From: Methanobacteriota archaeon
Lineage (GTDB): Archaea > Halobacteriota > Bog-38 > Methanoflorentales > Methanoflorentaceae
Length of the DNA stretch: 64,000 nucleotides
Assembly (NCBI GenBank): GCA_963720465.1
Contig: OY970393.1
Coordinates: forward strand, 288,001-352,000
Reading direction: 5' to 3'
Position numbers and translations under genes: made by a program. How positions within the stretch are numbered: position 1 is the stretch's first letter; each line of letters starts with the position of its first letter. A model generated the notes under the pieces. It was given only the letters and a program-made list of their open reading frames with translations. It searched no databases and had not been told where the DNA came from. Shown here piece by piece: positions 40,470 through 50,308 of this stretch.

Positions 40470-40915
40470 TGTTGCCCCTCATTTCATCTGTCCTATAAAT
40501 ATCGTTCGTTTTGCCACAGCGAAGCGCCTCAGACGTGCAAGAACCTAATCCATGCGCGTAGCAAAAACCCAAAGTCTTTAGGAATTTCCGGCGAAACGTG
40601 ATCCTTTTTAGAAAATGGTGTTAGTCTTCGTTACGATAGTCGGATTCGTTACAGGATTCGTTATACGGGGCGGCATAAAATCTCGCGCGCGAGCATCTGC
40701 GTTGAGTGGGATGCGTACTGTTTTAGCGGTTATGCTAGGTGAAAATTAGACTTCAGCTAATACCCCATGTCCCGTCTTGAGCTGGCCAGCAGTCAACACG
40801 GCTTGGCTTCTAAACGACACGCTCATATTGGAGCGAATCATATTCAGTTCACTCCCATGAATTGAGATCGCGCAACGATGTGAAGAGAAACTCGGCTTCG
40901 GAACGGTGAATAAAG

Positions 40916-41401
40916 ATGAGCGACGGGCGCCTTGGGCTCAGCGCTGAAGAAATACAGAGGTTCGAAGAACACGGCGTAGGGATTGGTGATGTTCTCGCCG
41001 AAGCACGACTCTTCACAACGGTTTCTGGAATTCTGTTCGGTTTCTTGCTTACCGCATCAGTCGCCGATACAAGTCAGCTTCCCGGAATTATCCAGCGCAT
41101 CCTTCTGCTTCTAGCACTTGTCTGCACGGCGTCTGCCACGCTGATGTTCATTTTGCCCCCCTTATACCATCATCTGCGCTTTCCAATGGACCAAAAGCAA
41201 AGGGCGCAATTTTTCTGGCGGAGTCACAAGTTTCTCGTGTGGGGCATAGTCCCTCTGTATGCGGGTGTGTATTTCTCGGTTTTTCTCGCCTTATATTCAC
41301 TCATCGGGGCTTATGCCGTTATATTGGCGACAGGAATACTGATAGTCCCTTTTATTGCATACGAGCTGAGGAAGGTCGGCGACCCAAAGGAACTTGGGTA
41401 G
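40916..41401 (+). CDS. 4-TM membrane protein, DUF6328-like
   Basis: EARLFTTVSGILFGFLL and PPLYHH resemble the family pattern. Confidence 0.65.
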   Translation: MSDGRLGLSAEEIQRFEEHGVGIGDVLAEARLFTTVSGILFGFLLTASVADTSQLPGIIQRILLLLALVCTASATLMFILPPLYHHLRFPMDQKQRAQFFWRSHKFLVWGIVPLYAGVYFSVFLALYSLIGAYAVILATGILIVPFIAYELRKVGDPKELG

Positions 41402-41589
41402 ACGCTAGCAACAAATTCTTCGGGCATTCAACGCATCATCCGCCGCGGCGGACGCAACAGTAATGACGCTTACTCAATGCAGCGCACCACGACCTCGCCC
41501 AGTGCAGCATCTAGGCTACAAACAAAGACGGATACATATGCGACCGTGCAGACGGCGCTTGTCTCAAAAGTGTGCCGATTAATCGGGCG

Positions 41590-41868
41590 CATCTAACACT
41601 CTTGAAACTGGAAGTGAGGGAAAGCATGCATTTTTTATCGTCATTAGCGAACTATACCAAAAAGTGACAGTGTTTTAAAACAGAGAGAAGAAGTCTCAAA
41701 AAACAGATGCAGATGTAGCAGGCTTCGGCGGAGTCTTTGTTAAAAACGCGTCGGATTCCACGAAACAGTCAGAGGCAGACTCACGCTCGAAAAGCACAGC
41801 AGAAAGCTTTATTATCAATACTCGGCTAGTAAGCTGTGCTGCGTCAGGCAGTCGCTTTGCGTGCGCAA
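41590..41868 (+). pseudogene. Decayed int(N) copy
   Basis: ETGSEGKHAFFIV...DSVLKQREEV...DSRSKSTAESFIINTRL matches ORF 58740; two frameshifts. Confidence 0.8.
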
Positions 41869-41908
41869 GCCCGGGTAGTGTAGCGGCCTATCATGGAGCC
41901 CTGTCGAG
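41776..41908 (+). repeat. attL-like direct repeat: tRNA-Asp promoter + 5' half through the anticodon loop
   Basis: 41799-41908 identical to 59055-59164 (110 bp); 133 bp with 2 mismatches. Confidence 0.92.
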
Positions 41909-42953
41909 CGCTCCTTCTGTTTTTGAAGCTCTTTTTGCCTTTAAAGGAGTTTATAGATCTCTTACTCCAATTGAGTCAGATTTGATCGGTGACAAGACAA
42001 GGATAACGCGCCCAAACGATTCAGTGAACGGTCAAAGCCTCGCTTCGCTCCAATTGACATTCTCGCTAAATCAACTTAATCATTACAAAAAATGGCGTAT
42101 AGAAGGTCTTGATCGGAAAAGCAGTAACTGGATGAACAAAGCGGCTGAGATTGTTTGGAACTGTACGCAGGGCATTATCAGCGAGATAACAATGGATGCG
42201 GTGCGGGATGTTGCCTTAACCAAATATACGTGCGTTTATTCAAAACGAAAGGTATTGTATTTCGCCAAAGGTCTTCTCAAATATCTTACTAAAACAACCT
42301 TCGACACTCGTTTTCAGTCGTTTGAACTCTTCTTGGCCATGCCTAAGGTGCTCAAAACGCGGAAGCACGTGACGAGCCGCATCGTGACTACAGAAGACGT
42401 TGAAAACGTGCTTAAAGCAATTGAACGGGCGTATAACGGCGGGCGAATTGACGCCTCTCATTATCACAACTACAACGCCTTAGTGTTATTCGGCGCGTTT
42501 ACAGGGCAACGACCTTTGGCAACAATAGCACGACTAAGAGTTGGCCAGTTCGAGGAAGCTGTAAAGATGCAGAAACCGTTCGTCGATATTCTTCCGGAGC
42601 AAGACAAAATTCGGATGCAACACTACTGCCCTCTTCACCCACAAGTTGTAGAGGCGATATTGCCAGTTTTAGATAGCCGGCGAGATAGCGAGACTGTTTT
42701 TGAGCAGCTTTCGTTTCAAGAGTGGCTTAAGCACACCAACATTCGGTTGCTGCACGGCGGCGCTCGCATAGTCAACGGAGACCTAAGAAAGTTTTGTGAG
42801 CAACATAGCGATATCATTCAGTGGGATCAGTCAAACAAGAATTACATTCTCACTCACGGCGTTTCCGGAGTTGATTGGCGGTTTTACAAACATCCGCTGC
42901 CTGAGCACGTGTACGACGTATATATGCAGTATTGGGCGGCTGTGCGATTCTGA
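41907..42953 (+). CDS. Tyrosine recombinase catalytic fragment int(C)
   Basis: FTGQRP (Arg-I), DKIR (Lys), GDLRKF (Arg-II), LTHG, WRFY (Tyr); frame open back through the tRNA half-site. Confidence 0.85.
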   Translation, partial: SAPSVFEALFAFKGVYRSLTPIESDLIGDKTRITRPNDSVNGQSLASLQLTFSLNQLNHYKKWRIEGLDRKSSNWMNKAAEIVWNCTQGIISEITMDAVRDVALTKYTCVYSKRKVLYFAKGLLKYLTKTTFDTRFQSFELFLAMPKVLKTRKHVTSRIVTTEDVENVLKAIERAYNGGRIDASHYHNYNALVLFGAFTGQRPLATIARLRVGQFEEAVKMQKPFVDILPEQDKIRMQHYCPLHPQVVEAILPVLDSRRDSETVFEQLSFQEWLKHTNIRLLHGGARIVNGDLRKFCEQHSDIIQWDQSNKNYILTHGVSGVDWRFYKHPLPEHVYDVYMQYWAAVRF

Positions 42954-43011
42954 TTCAATGCAAAAAAAGAAGGAAAAGAAAGCGCGAACGCTACCTACTA
43001 TTCACGCAGAC

Positions 43012-43353
43012 TTACCGCTTCACCGCTGCCATCTGTTCTGCTTTGGCCTTGAGAACCTGCCGCGCGAGTTCCTTTCCGGTTTCGTAATCTAAAACTTCGT
43101 GCACCTCGCTCTCACTCCATGGGAAGTTAGCGAACGCGCCCGCGAACAAGCCTTTGGCGTCTGCGGTGCTAATTGCGTATCCTGAGACTGCGTTTGCGAA
43201 CCAGCCGACCTCGAGTAGTCGACCACTCTTTAGCCCTTGGTCAATTCCTGCCCACAGCATCTCATTCAACTTTAAACCTTCAGCCGGATCAATCGGCCAC
43301 GGCGCATTCGGGTTCAAACGCCAAAGCGTTATATACTTCGGTATATCCCTCAC
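43012..43353 (-). CDS. Hypothetical protein, DUF3303-like
   Basis: KYITLW...G...EVGWF....GYAI; RBS GGAGGTGA; the expected start reads ATA. Confidence 0.6.
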   Translation of the reverse strand: MRDIPKYITLWRLNPNAPWPIDPAEGLKLNEMLWAGIDQGLKSGRLLEVGWFANAVSGYAISTADAKGLFAGAFANFPWSESEVHEVLDYETGKELARQVLKAKAEQMAAVKR

Positions 43354-43511
43354 CTCCTTTGACGTAGGCGGCAGTTGTTAGCCGCCGCTCAAAAACAAGT
43401 AAAAAGGCGCGTTAAAGGAATAAGTGTTGTTGTTACAGTCGCTTGTTACAGAGATTGACGTGATTTTTCAGTCGCGGAGCGACACACAATTTTGCAGTTC
43501 AATGACTAGAA

Positions 43512-43635
43512 GACCAGCTAAATAAGAATCACATTCTCACTCATGGCGTTTCAGGAGTTGATTGGCGATTCCACAAACACCCTCTTCCCGCTTCGGTGTG
43601 ACGCCTATCTGAAATACTGGAGAGTTGTGAGACTC
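43512..43635 (+). repeat. Integrase 3'-end copy 1
   Basis: DQLNKNHILTHGVSGVDWRFHKHPLP...YLKYW. Confidence 0.88.
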
Positions 43636-43666
43636 GACGCTTTTGCCCAGTTAAAAAGGCCGCTCG

Positions 43667-43939
43667 CTATTCCTTGCCTCGCTTGAGTTTCTGATATTCT
43701 CGTTCAGTGATCCTGTCTGTCATTCCACTCCCCATAAAGACGCTCGCGCCGTGTGCAACTAATCCGATTCCCCAAAAACCGAGCACAAAGACGAACCACG
43801 GGAACCCGGCACCTGTAAACCACCATACGGCGACGAGAAAAAGGTTCACCACTACATAAATTGTGAAATGGATATAGAATCCGACCTTTTCTTCAGCCCG
43901 CTTTCGGGCCAGTCTCATCAGCTCTTCATCGCTTTGCAC
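43667..43939 (-). CDS. 2TM-domain protein
   Basis: ARKR....GFYIH..IYVVVN..L...W....PWF.....WGIGL..H. Confidence 0.88.
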   Translation of the reverse strand: MQSDEELMRLARKRAEEKVGFYIHFTIYVVVNLFLVAVWWFTGAGFPWFVFVLGFWGIGLVAHGASVFMGSGMTDRITEREYQKLKRGKE

Positions 43940-43986
43940 TATTTCACCTCCGAGATATGGTCTCAGATTGGATCATGCTTTGTTCG

Positions 43987-44409
43987 TCAACTCCACTCGT
44001 AGAACACATTGGTTCCGACCTTATCGTCGCCCCCGCCTTCCACGACGCAGATGGTGCGGTTGATCCACGCAAGCTTCTCAGACGTCGTCATGAAGGTCAC
44101 GGTGCCCGTGAGCTTCCCTCCCGCGCCAGGGGCTTTTCCTGCATAGCAGAGTTTCCAGACTACGGAATCGCCGTCAGTCGTGGTCATGACCCCTTGCGCG
44201 GTGCCCGTTGTTATGCCCGTGGGCCGTACAAGATTGCGCATAGTTCCCATATTGGTGGCCTTGACGCCTTTGGCCCTTCCAAAGCCGGTAATCTCGCCAG
44301 TTACGCTATACTCAGATTCAACGCCTTCGGATCCTACGGATTTTATGGCAAACCCTCTTGGAGTGATTTTTTCCTCAAATAGCTTCTCTCCTATGGCCAA
44401 AATCTTCAC
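43987..44409 (-). CDS. Hypothetical beta-rich protein
   Basis: Clean 140-aa ORF; F.TTSEKLAWIN...YEW pattern seen in archaeal hypotheticals. Confidence 0.65.
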   Translation of the reverse strand: MKILAIGEKLFEEKITPRGFAIKSVGSEGVESEYSVTGEITGFGRAKGVKATNMGTMRNLVRPTGITTGTAQGVMTTTDGDSVVWKLCYAGKAPGAGGKLTGTVTFMTTSEKLAWINRTICVVEGGGDDKVGTNVFYEWS

Positions 44410-44473
44410 CTGTTGCGCTGATTCTGCCTTCAGTATTTATTAGCTACCCCCAACGCGAGCGAAAAAAAGCAGA

Positions 44474-44550
44474 TTGACGCACGCGGAGCAAGCATTCTCA
44501 ACATAAGCTGCCTGAGCAGGTCTACGACGTATATATAAAATATTGGCAAA
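44474..44550 (+). repeat. Integrase 3'-end copy 2
   Basis: LTH...HKLPEQVYDVYIKYW. Confidence 0.8.
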
Positions 44551-44607
44551 ATACCCAGCTAGAAAATTAAACTGTCGCTAACAGTTTGATCAAATGAACA
44601 CTGAAGC

Positions 44608-44805
44608 GTGAGGAGTAAAGCCTGGGTTAACCTCTTTGTGAGTGCTCTTATCATCGCTACCATCATCGTTGCAGTCACCGATGCTCTTGAATTTTATGTT
44701 GTCTGGAGTGGAAAAGCAAAAATAACGCCATTGTTCGTTATCTTGGTTATCGTAGTGACGATGGTACCTATGGCAATCAACCTCTGGGTTCACATTTTCA
44801 GGTAG
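44608..44805 (+). CDS. Small two-TM membrane protein
   Basis: Two hydrophobic stretches in 65 aa. Confidence 0.45.
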   Translation: MRSKAWVNLFVSALIIATIIVAVTDALEFYVVWSGKAKITPLFVILVIVVTMVPMAINLWVHIFR

Positions 44806-44845
44806 CTTGGCAAGGCGCCATATCGCGGCTCATAAAAGGATTAGA

Positions 44846-45071
44846 GTCGAGTAGGGTACCTACCAGCATCAGCTCCCAGATTCAATGCATGATATCTACA
44901 TGAATTATTGGGTAGATGTGCGTTTAACGACCTAAGCTCATTTCTTATGCTTCCTCCGGGTCACAGCAGCGCGATCAATGAACAACGTTTTTGTTTGCCC
45001 GCCCATTTTGGTGTACATCGGAAGACCGTTTGTCAGGCACGCACGAGGAAACTCGATCTGAGTGGCGTAGA
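44846..45071 (+). repeat. Integrase 3'-end copy 3 plus stub of the 47504 methyltransferase leader and start
   Basis: YQHQLPDSMHDIYMNYWVDVRLTT*; 44915-45071 parallels 47373-47530. Confidence 0.85.
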
Positions 45072-45231
45072 GGCTCCGACTCTTAATCACGCGTGAACCC
45101 CATTCGCGCTTATAATTAATTCGGGGATCGTGGCACCGAGTCTAGCAATTATGACCATCCTTGGTTAATTGAATCTAGCAAGTGGCGGTGCTGTTCCCAA
45201 GCCAACTTATAGAATCTCAACGAACACAGTG

Positions 45232-45726
45232 ATGAGGGCTGTGGTGAACACCAGCTTTATAATAAGGCCAATGTCTCGTAATGATTTTAGCGAGCTTACG
45301 GAAGTTATAGATACGTCTTTTTTATGGTTTGTAAGGTCTTTGGCGCTTCATAGCGTGCGAGAAGGGCAACAAGTGCTTATAAGCGAAGCGCAAGGAACAG
45401 CGGTTGGATTTGTTAAACTAACCAATTTTCAAGTGGGTAGCGGTAAGTTCGGGCGCATACAATGGATTGCGGTTCACCCGCAATTTCGCAGAAAAGGAAT
45501 TGCGACTGCACTCGTGAATGCTGGATTTGAGTCTTTGACACACGCAGGGGCAAAAGCTGTTTTTGTTACGGTGAGGAGGAGAAATACTGCGTCTTTAACA
45601 GTATTTCGCAGCCAGGGCTTTAGAAAAATAGGATTTTTGGAACTCTGGCCGCTTTTCGGGTTGCGGATATTCGAGTTTTATAGAGAAATTTGGCTTGCCC
45701 CTTGGATACTTGTTTTAATGCAATGA
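45232..45726 (+). CDS. GNAT-family N-acetyltransferase
   Basis: IAVHPQFRRKGIATAL, N.ASL..F...GF. Confidence 0.88.
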   Translation: MRAVVNTSFIIRPMSRNDFSELTEVIDTSFLWFVRSLALHSVREGQQVLISEAQGTAVGFVKLTNFQVGSGKFGRIQWIAVHPQFRRKGIATALVNAGFESLTHAGAKAVFVTVRRRNTASLTVFRSQGFRKIGFLELWPLFGLRIFEFYREIWLAPWILVLMQ

Positions 45727-45787
45727 TTAGTTTGGCAGCGCACACAACAAAAAGTTAGGCTAAATACGCTAAAGATCCTTGCAATAC

Positions 45788-45930
45788 CGTGATACGATCG
45801 GGTGTGATCAATCAAATCGATCGTATGCTTGACTCACGGAGTTCGCGGTGTCGACGGGAAGCAGCACAAGCATCCGCTGCCGGAACACGTGTACGACGTG
45901 TATATGCGATATTGGGCGGATGTGCGATTC
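45788..45930 (+). repeat. Integrase 3'-end copy 4
   Basis: DTIGCDQSNRSY/LTHGVRGVDGKQHKHPLPEHVYDVYMRYWADVRF. Confidence 0.9.
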
Positions 45931-45995
45931 ACACCGTGGAAAGACCTGTAGTGACTGCTGACAGGTGAAAAGATAACATAACAACGGGAGGTTAA

Positions 45996-46451
45996 TCACA
46001 GGCTTTTTTCTTTCAATCCACGCGCAAATACTCGTGCGTGCTCTAAATCTTCCTCGTTTGGCCTTCCTTTGTTAATCCCTCCGACGAGTCTCAAAGGCCC
46101 GACCGTATCCCATCCCTTGCACGAGAATTCACCAACAATAGCGAATCCTCGGCTCTCGAGTAGTTCCTTAAAAGCAGCGTAGTGTTTTGTCCCCCCTCTG
46201 CCACTCGTGGAGAACACAAAGGCCTGTTTTTCTGTGACAACGGGAAGTGCCTCGGCAAACTGCGTGATGGTCTTGTGGAACTTCATGCCGTAGATGCCGG
46301 AACCAAACCCGACGAGATCATAAGTCGTCACATTGTCAGCTTGTGCCTGATTGACAGGAACAAGATCTGCCGCCAACTCTTCTGCCATCACCTTCGCTAT
46401 TTTTTCCGTGTTCTGGTGGTGGATAGAAGCATAAACAATCAATGACTTCAT
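45996..46451 (-). CDS. Flavodoxin-family protein
   Basis: IVYASIHHQNTEKIA, GFGSGIY, FSTSG, NKGRPNEEDL. Confidence 0.92.
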   Translation of the reverse strand: MKSLIVYASIHHQNTEKIAKVMAEELAADLVPVNQAQADNVTTYDLVGFGSGIYGMKFHKTITQFAEALPVVTEKQAFVFSTSGRGGTKHYAAFKELLESRGFAIVGEFSCKGWDTVGPLRLVGGINKGRPNEEDLEHARVFARGLKEKSL

Positions 46452-46694
46452 GACGGAAGTCTGATAGCGCTAATCTTATATTAGCAATAAAGGCCAGCTA
46501 GCGACCAGTTGTGACGATTTACAGCGTCTCACATTATAGGGAGAGCGCAGACTTGTTCTATACGTTTTATGAGCACGTTATGCACGCTCTTTCTTCTGTG
46601 AAGTCGAAAGGTGACTTATTAGTAAAGGAGCGCAGCAATATTTATATTAGTTAAACCTATTAAGCTGTATTAGATTGAAATAAGGTGATATAAG

Positions 46695-46988
46695 GTGGAT
46701 AACCAGAACAATGAACAGACGAGCTGTATAGACGTGCACTATGAGCGTGACAATAAGAGGCTGGCTGGAGCGGTGTGTGTGGCGCTCAGCAAGAATGTAG
46801 GGAGAAAAGATCGCAAGGTTGACCTCATCTTCATGCCGGAGGAGGAACATGCTTTTTCGGTGAGGAGCACTACTGAACTGATAAACATTCTCGATCATTG
46901 GAAGGTGTCGTTCGAAGAGCGAAAGCGGGTTTTTGACTTCGTTGCTGAGCGGTTGCGCATGCTTGCTGGTGAGGACACAGTAGCGTAG
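46695..46988 (+). CDS. Hypothetical protein (97 aa)
   Basis: RBS AGGTGA before GTG, AT-rich promoter-like region upstream. Confidence 0.5.
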   Translation: MDNQNNEQTSCIDVHYERDNKRLAGAVCVALSKNVGRKDRKVDLIFMPEEEHAFSVRSTTELINILDHWKVSFEERKRVFDFVAERLRMLAGEDTVA

Positions 46989-47005
46989 TAAAGGGAAGGA
47001 AGTTT

Positions 47006-47393
47006 GTGGAGTTTAGGGAACATCCAAAATCCGCAAGCTCTCAACTAAAAAGATAGGATCTACCACAAATCAGACTACCTCCGCGGCTTGCTAACACCGT
47101 CGACCAAAAAATCGATATCTTCGAAACCGAGCACACTGGCACTATAGCTCTTTTTGGAAGTGGGTCAAACGAAGGAAGATCCCGATGTCACAGTTTCCCG
47201 GCATTTCGTGCTTGGTGACCTGCGGAGGTTGTGCGAAGAACAAGGCGATACGATAGGGTGGGTCAATCAAATCGCGGTATATTATGACGCACGGCGTCAG
47301 CGGTATCGACTGGAAGCACTATAGCATCCGCTGCCGGCTAACGTGTACGACGTCTATATGCAGTACTGGGCGGATGTGCGTTTAACGATCTAA
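47006..47393 (+). pseudogene. Internally deleted integrase: int(N) start fused to 3'-end copy 5
   Basis: GTSKIRKLST...PQIRLPPRLANTVDQKIDIFETEH then GDLRRLCEEQGDTIGW...THGVSGIDWKHY...VYDVYMQYWADVRLTI*. Confidence 0.85.
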
Positions 47394-47503
47394 GCTCGTT
47401 TCTTATGCTTCTTCTCGGTCACAGTAGCGCGGGGAACGAACAATGTTTTTACTTAGCCAGCCCATTTTGGTGTACAATCGGAAGACATTCGTAAGGTAGT
47501 ACG

Positions 47504-48304
47504 ATGAAACTTGATCTGAGTGGCGTAGAGAAGACGTTACTCGTTCCTCTGTGGGGGCGGGCAAAACTTAGTCGAGAGAACCCTTCCATCCTTAACGATA
47601 CGAAGGCGACTGAACTCGTTGAACAGCTTGATTACGATTTTTCGAGGTTCGACAAAACTCTCGGCATACTCGGAAATCTTATGTTCGCGGCAATAGCGAA
47701 GCATGTCGACGAGAAGACCCGCGCGTACATCGCTGAGCATCCCAAAGCGTCGGTCATTGATCTTGGGGCGGGCCTTGATACTACATATTACCGGGTCGAC
47801 AACGGATCGATTCACTGGTACGACCTTGACCTTCCTGCGGCTATCGACCTTCGACGGCGACTGATTCCCGAAGCCGCTCGGTCGACGAGCATCGCAAAAT
47901 CATTGCTGGATACCAGTTGGTTTGACGATATTACTGACACTGCGAACGGCGTATTTATGATCGCAGCAGGAGTGCTCATCTTTTTTCAAGAGTCTGACAT
48001 TAAATCGTTCTTCTCATCGCTAGCAGACAGTCTCCCCGGCATGGAGATCGTGTTTAATACGCAGTCAACATTCGCCAAACTGAGGAGCAATTGGGGCATG
48101 CGGAGGATGGGGATGAAAACAACGAAATGGGCCATGAAGGATGCACGCACGATAACAAAATGGGATAATCGCATCAAGGTTTTGGATCAGCTTCCCTTGT
48201 TTAAGAACATTCCACGAAACCCTGCGTGGGGTAGCTCGGTCAAGAGATTGATGAATCTTTCCGACAGCAATGGAATGATGAACGTTGTTCACCTGCGAGT
48301 ATAG
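47504..48304 (+). CDS. Class I SAM methyltransferase (LCM/TcmP-like)
   Basis: TLLVPLWGRA, DLGAGLDT..YR, WYDLDLP. Confidence 0.9.
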   Translation: MKLDLSGVEKTLLVPLWGRAKLSRENPSILNDTKATELVEQLDYDFSRFDKTLGILGNLMFAAIAKHVDEKTRAYIAEHPKASVIDLGAGLDTTYYRVDNGSIHWYDLDLPAAIDLRRRLIPEAARSTSIAKSLLDTSWFDDITDTANGVFMIAAGVLIFFQESDIKSFFSSLADSLPGMEIVFNTQSTFAKLRSNWGMRRMGMKTTKWAMKDARTITKWDNRIKVLDQLPLFKNIPRNPAWGSSVKRLMNLSDSNGMMNVVHLRV

Positions 48305-48383
48305 CGTTCATAGTTTGGCTGACATAACTAGAATTGACGACCATAGAAAACGTCAGGGGCACTGGCTTAGTTTTACACGTGCT

Positions 48384-48954
48384 TCACCATACGAATGGGA
48401 TTAGTCTCCACGTATGCTTCTTGTACGCTGCGTACTGATCTCCAAAAGACGCGACGAGCATGCGCTCTTCGACTTCAATGCGATAGCGGTACGCTGCGAC
48501 AAAGGTCAACGTTACGAGTACCTGCGACAATCCAATTGACCGTCGCCAATCCTGCCCCTACCCATAATACGATAACCCCCAGATATCCGGGGTGACGCAC
48601 GTACTTGTACGGCCCTTCCTGAACGACGCGCTGCCCCTCTGATATGTGTAACGTGCGAGTGTAGAATCTACCGAGCGTCTGAAATGCCCACACCCGAAGC
48701 GTGATGCCGCAGAGCATAACGACGATGCCGATCCAACCGATAACATCGACCATGACGCCTAGTTGGAAGTAGTTGAGCGCGTTAGCGACAATGACAAGAA
48801 TAATGTTTATGAAGAGCGCCAGACTCAGGAGCCGCGTGCTCGCCTGATCGAACGGGCCTCCCTTGAGCGTTGTAGCTGCTTGGCCCTTTCGCCTGCTTTC
48901 GGTGATCGCGTAGTACACGATCAAGATGAGGTATGCAACAAGTATCGAGTACAT
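48384..48954 (-). pseudogene. Isoprenylcysteine carboxyl-methyltransferase family, frameshift near 48521
   Basis: GPYKYVRHPGY; shifted frame gives RIEVEERMLVASFGDQYAAYKKHTWRLIPFVW*. Confidence 0.85.
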
Positions 48955-49167
48955 AGAGCTGGGATCTTTGTGTGATCAGTGATTGAACGACGTAGACTTA
49001 TGCTTCTTTCTGTTTGAATTTTCCAAGCTCATGCAGTTTGGCGTTAACCCAATAATCTTTTCTTAAGCACAACCGATGTCTCGATTTGCCGCGTAGGAGT
49101 GAATGACATCTTCTTCTGCTCCTCAAGCACATGATCCTTCGCTGCGACTGCGGTTCAAGTCAACAAC

Positions 49168-49857
49168 CTACAACATCATCGCCGACGTCACGCCACGTGC
49201 GATAAGGAAGATGCCGACGATGAAGAACACAGCGGCAATGAGCTGACTGCCGTGTTTCTTTAAGAAACGGATGATCGGATCGAAGATGCGGTCGAAATTT
49301 CGGGGAGTCACGGCATAAATGGCGAGTGGCCCCCAACACCAGCATAGCGCTATGGCCATTACTAGGAAAAATGCGATTGCTTTGTCGTGAACGGATAGCA
49401 CGACGACCCCGATATCTTTGCTTGCGGCGAGAGCTGGAAGCGATGAGAAGATATTGCCGAAGCCGAAGGCGATTCCCATTGAAACCAGTGCTCCTGAGCC
49501 CATTGTCGTCGCGTCAAAAGTTTTTGATTCCTGTTTCTTCAGGAGCGAACGAGCGCTTGCGTAGAGGAGCAGGAGACCGAGGATGAAGTCGATCGCCACC
49601 GTCGCCAACGACGGCTTGCCACTGGTCGTCGTCAGGCTTCCGATGGCTAGAAAAACTAGGCATATCAGCGAAAATACGACACAGTACGTTGCGACAAAGA
49701 TCGCTCCTTTTTTGAGCCGGTGTTCCGCTGAGCTCAGTACGGTCATGACGGTTATGACCGCCAACGGGCTTATCATGGCCGCGATGGCAAGTGGTATTAC
49801 GACCGCGAGAAGTTGGGGTAGGCTGACGAGCTCGCCTCCGAATATGGGGATCGCCAT
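49168..49857 (-). CDS. GAP/Sap-family membrane protein
   Basis: PLAIAAMISP, six TM segments, FLKKHG..L.A.V...VG..LI..G. Confidence 0.75.
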   Translation of the reverse strand: MAIPIFGGELVSLPQLLAVVIPLAIAAMISPLAVITVMTVLSSAEHRLKKGAIFVATYCVVFSLICLVFLAIGSLTTTSGKPSLATVAIDFILGLLLLYASARSLLKKQESKTFDATTMGSGALVSMGIAFGFGNIFSSLPALAASKDIGVVVLSVHDKAIAFFLVMAIALCWCWGPLAIYAVTPRNFDRIFDPIIRFLKKHGSQLIAAVFFIVGIFLIARGVTSAMML

Positions 49858-49906
49858 TGCTTCACTTCCGTTCTTCAGAGCATAGCAGCCATTTAAGCGC
49901 CGTAAC

Positions 49907-50308
49907 TTAAGCGTTCCGATTTAGCGCCGAGTCTGAGCGTGAAACCAACGTGAATAAGACCGAACGGCCGATGTTGCGTCTTCCCACGTGCCCACTAAAA
50001 TAGTGGAGGTGCGCTCGCGACCCTGCTAAAATCGATGTGACAAACACAGTGAGGGTCAGGGCAAGCTGTTCTTTCAACTCAAGCGCGAACGTTCGCAAAT
50101 ACGACCCTTCAAGCCGTTTGGCTCTGCCGAGGCAATAGCTGCAGGCCGCTCCGTAAATGACCATATACCGTAGTTTAGCATCTAGCTGGGCCCGTTCAAC
50201 GCTTTTTATAAGATCTTCCAGCGGTATTGTGTGCAGGTAGGCGGCAAAGAGGTTATAGATTGCCTCTCTGGTCTCGGCTTTAACTTTCGGGGTGTATATG
50301 CTTTGCAC
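49907..50308 (-). pseudogene. 3'-truncated paralog of the 149-aa unknown protein
   Basis: YNLFAAY...IYGAACSYCLGRA.RL.GSYLRTFALELKEQLA; diverges after TSIL. Confidence 0.8.

Noticed and set aside
41869-41908. Trans-spliced split tRNA half
   Set aside because: An intact tRNA-Asp is present, no complementary leader or separate 3' half is visible, and the copy is explained as an att repeat.
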